From: a virus
Taxonomy: Duplodnaviria > Caudoviricetes
Strand: one strand, 5' to 3'
Virus record (IMG/VR): IMGVR_UViG_3300020603_000019
Location: 1-56,112 of that record
Length of the DNA stretch: 56,112 nt
Under the pieces are notes generated by a model that saw nothing but the letters and a program-made list of their open reading frames with translations, ran no database searches and was not told the DNA's origin. Position numbers and translations under genes: made by a program. Below, piece by piece: positions 53,278 to 56,112 of the stretch; positions within the stretch are counted from its first letter, which is position 1; the number at the start of each line of letters is the position of its first letter.

Positions 53278-55824
53278 TCAGTTGTAATTACTGGTATTAG
53301 TATAGCTAATGTCTGGATTTTGCAACAGTTGTCGTTCGTCTGTTGCATCAAAGTAGACCTTGATTAGTCTCTGAATCTCGAGCTCGTCTTGTTGCCAATT
53401 TACAACAACGCCTGTAACAGGATGCGTTTCTCGGCTGGCTCCTGGCATACGCTTACGGCTAGGCACTATCCCAAACTTACTCATTTGCTTGGCGAATTCT
53501 CGCTGTGACAAACGGGGGTTTGCTTCGGTTTGTACGTGAAAAACCGTACGCAAATGCTCCATTGGGATTACCGTATATGTGAACTTGGCTAAGGCAATCC
53601 AGCCTTTGACGATGCGCTGCGCAGTAGATACTTCGTTCATGTTTTGCGCGTTAGAAATGTTAATCTCGAGGATGTCGCTAAAAAACAACAAATCTCCTCG
53701 CTTTAGCGCTTCGGCAAACTCTTCCATGATAGACATCGATACATGCCGCATTTGGTTCTTGGCAGTGTTGTCGATGCAAGTCTGAACCATGCGTTCGTCT
53801 ATCTTGAAGGTCTGCAGATAACCAGCGAATGCGTCAAGCTCTTCAGTCATAAGGTCGAGCTCTTTAAGAAGCTTGGGGTACGCCTCTTCGATCTTGCATT
53901 CCTGGCGGGGCGGGATGTTGTACCGCCGATCGCCGTCCTCGATCTTGATGGCGTCGTTCCTGTTGGTTAGGAAGATGAAATTCGTGTAGTTCGGAATCTC
54001 CACTTGGTTGGTCCGCATTGCGCGGATCGTGATGGTGTCTTCCGTGATCTGGTTCTTGAGCTTGTCGGCGATCTTCATTGTGCCGATTGATGACGACGAC
54101 ATGTGGAACTCGTCGACAACTAGGAACAGCGCGTTGCGCATGTACAGGTTGAAATGCTCTTCGATGTTCTGTAGCGCCTTCATTGGTACGTGCTCGCTGC
54201 CAAACAACGGGCGAAGCACTTTGCTGTAGAACAGACCTTTACCTGTACCGGGTACGCCGCCAAAGACCCAAGCGGTCTTGGCTTTTTGGCGGGTCTGGAA
54301 GATGTACGACAGCCAGTTGATGAAGTGCTCGAACTCGGCGTCGCCGTTGCCTAGTACGTGATGTACCAACGTGTAGATACGTGGGCAGACGTTCGAGATC
54401 AGTTTTGCGTGGCCATATTCCAATGGCTTGTTTGGAATTTTGGGGTCAAGCATGTACTTGGTCTTGCGGTACATGTTGACGAAATACGGTACGTTTTCGA
54501 AGTCGATCGACTCGCTGTTTGATGTTGGATTAAAGACAACACGTGCATCCCGGACAAAGTCGGGTGCTGGCCGTCCATGGCTCAGCATAAAACCTTCGAT
54601 ACTGGTCTTGCTGGTCGGCACGAGCGGAAACTCTTCCGTGAACTGGTTGAGGTTTGGGTCGTACACGCCGTTGTAGTAGATGTCTGTGTAGTAGTCGCGA
54701 AGTACGATTGGGTAGTTGGACTTGCCAGACTTTTCAAGGTGCGTCTTAAAGAGCTCGAATATGCTCTTGTAAAATTCTTTGTCGGCTCTTTCGATTTCGA
54801 ATATCGGCTCGTCCTTGAAATTGAACATGTAGGTTGGACGTTCGATATTGAAGTAATACCCGCCGCTGTCTCCGCCGTTGATATTGCATCGGATCCATGG
54901 CATAGCTGAAGAGTCGGCAATGCTAATAGACATCTTGTCCGGATTAAGCAAGACTTCTTGGGCCTGGTGGTCAATGGTCATTGTCTGCAGCTTTGCTGAT
55001 TTTTTCTTGATACCGCCGGACTGCCGCAACTCATCTTTCAATGCTTGACCAGTTTGAAACGTTGTCTCTGGATTTAGAGACGTCATCAAGGCCGCCAGGT
55101 CGAACGATGCATTCGTTCGATCAACACGAACGATACGGTCTTGATCAGAGACAAACGGGTTCTGTAGCGGGTCTTCGAATGTCGGCGGCGCAATGAAGAT
55201 TAGCTTGCTGTTGTCTGCAACTGATACGTCGAGCGGATACCGCAGCGACTGGCCATTGGCGCTGAGCGTCAGTTGCGTCTTGAAAAGATCAGACGTGTAG
55301 TTGACGTGCTGCAGCCAAAGCTTGATTGACTTAGGCGGCATTGGCACGGTCAGCAACATAAAGATGTGCATCGATATGCGCTCGCCCTTGAGGCCGAGAC
55401 TAGCTGATGCTTGTGCTATGTAGCTTACGTCGTGCAGCTGGGTTGGTAGGTCAGCAATGATCTGCTCAGCAATTAACTGGACGTCGTTTGCTGTGAGCTT
55501 TGCTGATCTGATGATACGACGCGGCAATGTGATTGCGTCGAAATCAAGAACAAGCAACCCGTTCAGGGCAAGCCGGTCGCTTTTTTGTGCGCGGCTTTCA
55601 GAGACAAGCGCGCGTTTAAGCGCGCCTTTGAGCATGCAGTGCCCGGAGTTTGAATGCGTGCGAATAAGGTCTTCCAGCTGGACCAAGCCCGCCTGGGAAA
55701 CCTGTATTGGATGCTCGTGTGAAGTTACGTCTTTGACATAGGGATAAGGTCTTGTGTCACCGTTGGTGAAGTAATGCTTACTCAGCGAGAAGCCGTTCGT
55801 GGCTTCCAAAAACGTAACCTTCAT
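53278..55824 (-). CDS. Primase-helicase (N-terminal primase, C-terminal SF3/DUF5906 NTPase)
   Basis: LVLDFD and HIF primase motifs; GVPGTGKG Walker A, LVVDE Walker B, FLTN, DRRY. Confidence 0.88.
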   Translation of the reverse strand: MKVTFLEATNGFSLSKHYFTNGDTRPYPYVKDVTSHEHPIQVSQAGLVQLEDLIRTHSNSGHCMLKGALKRALVSESRAQKSDRLALNGLLVLDFDAITLPRRIIRSAKLTANDVQLIAEQIIADLPTQLHDVSYIAQASASLGLKGERISMHIFMLLTVPMPPKSIKLWLQHVNYTSDLFKTQLTLSANGQSLRYPLDVSVADNSKLIFIAPPTFEDPLQNPFVSDQDRIVRVDRTNASFDLAALMTSLNPETTFQTGQALKDELRQSGGIKKKSAKLQTMTIDHQAQEVLLNPDKMSISIADSSAMPWIRCNINGGDSGGYYFNIERPTYMFNFKDEPIFEIERADKEFYKSIFELFKTHLEKSGKSNYPIVLRDYYTDIYYNGVYDPNLNQFTEEFPLVPTSKTSIEGFMLSHGRPAPDFVRDARVVFNPTSNSESIDFENVPYFVNMYRKTKYMLDPKIPNKPLEYGHAKLISNVCPRIYTLVHHVLGNGDAEFEHFINWLSYIFQTRQKAKTAWVFGGVPGTGKGLFYSKVLRPLFGSEHVPMKALQNIEEHFNLYMRNALFLVVDEFHMSSSSIGTMKIADKLKNQITEDTITIRAMRTNQVEIPNYTNFIFLTNRNDAIKIEDGDRRYNIPPRQECKIEEAYPKLLKELDLMTEELDAFAGYLQTFKIDERMVQTCIDNTAKNQMRHVSMSIMEEFAEALKRGDLLFFSDILEINISNAQNMNEVSTAQRIVKGWIALAKFTYTVIPMEHLRTVFHVQTEANPRLSQREFAKQMSKFGIVPSRKRMPGASRETHPVTGVVVNWQQDELEIQRLIKVYFDATDERQLLQNPDISYTNTSNYN

Positions 55825-56112
55825 AAAATCTCCGGAAAAGCATTAGTCTTGCTTTTCCTCCTTGGTAGTGCAGGGATTTTCTTCGTCGAATATTTCCTGT
55901 CGATCTATAACGATCGTAGGTTCGGCGACAAAGGCCAGTCGTACATTATACCTATCTACGCGGGATACTTTTACAGTGGCAATGGTTTTGTTGTCGCGAT
56001 GGATAACGACTGATTGCCCAAGACGTCTTGTTAGAACCAAGCGCGACATTACTTACTGTATTTCCTGTCGTATCCGCCTTCGGCTGCTAGAGGTAAATCT
56101 GGTGCCCAGGGC
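55797..56112. repeat. Terminal direct repeat, right copy
   Basis: Matches 1-316 with 7 transitions. Confidence 0.95.
55843..56049 (-). CDS. csrA: CsrA-like protein (second copy, in terminal repeat)
   Basis: Same as 47..253 with H18R, I62T and K65E. Confidence 0.8.
   Translation of the reverse strand: MSRLVLTRRLGQSVVIHRDNKTIATVKVSRVDRYNVRLAFVAEPTIVIDRQEIFDEENPCTTKEEKQD

Noticed and set aside
1-56112. Alternative genetic code or integrase/lysogeny module
   Set aside because: Core genes are intact and tightly packed under the standard code, all three stops are used, and no recombinase motifs were seen.

Overview
Apparently complete, circularly permuted ~55.8 kb tailed dsDNA phage genome with podovirus-like organisation. 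Positions 1-316 recur at 55797-56112 with 7 transitions. The minus strand carries early/host-takeover genes (12148 down to ~5550), a MoxR-type AAA/Nmad5-like/metallopeptidase-VWA triad, family A DNA polymerase, CsrA, primase-helicase, PD-(D/E)XK nuclease, Gp88-like protein, SNF2 helicase, putative SSB and a resolvase-like nuclease. The plus strand (12485-47994) carries HNH, terminases, portal, scaffold, small basic proteins, N4-gp56-type capsid, adaptors, ejection proteins, lysis genes and tail genes. No integrase, RNA polymerase, reverse transcriptase, tRNA or CRISPR array was seen. The most unusual signals are non-coding: (i) three strand-specific GAA-loop hairpins with tandem G.A pairs on the template strand in front of early operons, like N4 hairpin promoters but with no recognisable RNAP; (ii) 5-6 tandem H-type pseudoknots in the capsid leader; (iii) a ~220-nt multi-branched RNA before the AAA ATPase; (iv) an ATTAG-N5-CTAAT palindrome overlapping several promoters; (v) a helically phased, mirror-symmetric iteron-like region; (vi) GGA-loop RBS hairpins in a phage that encodes CsrA. 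Family assignments are from motif recognition by eye, not database searches.
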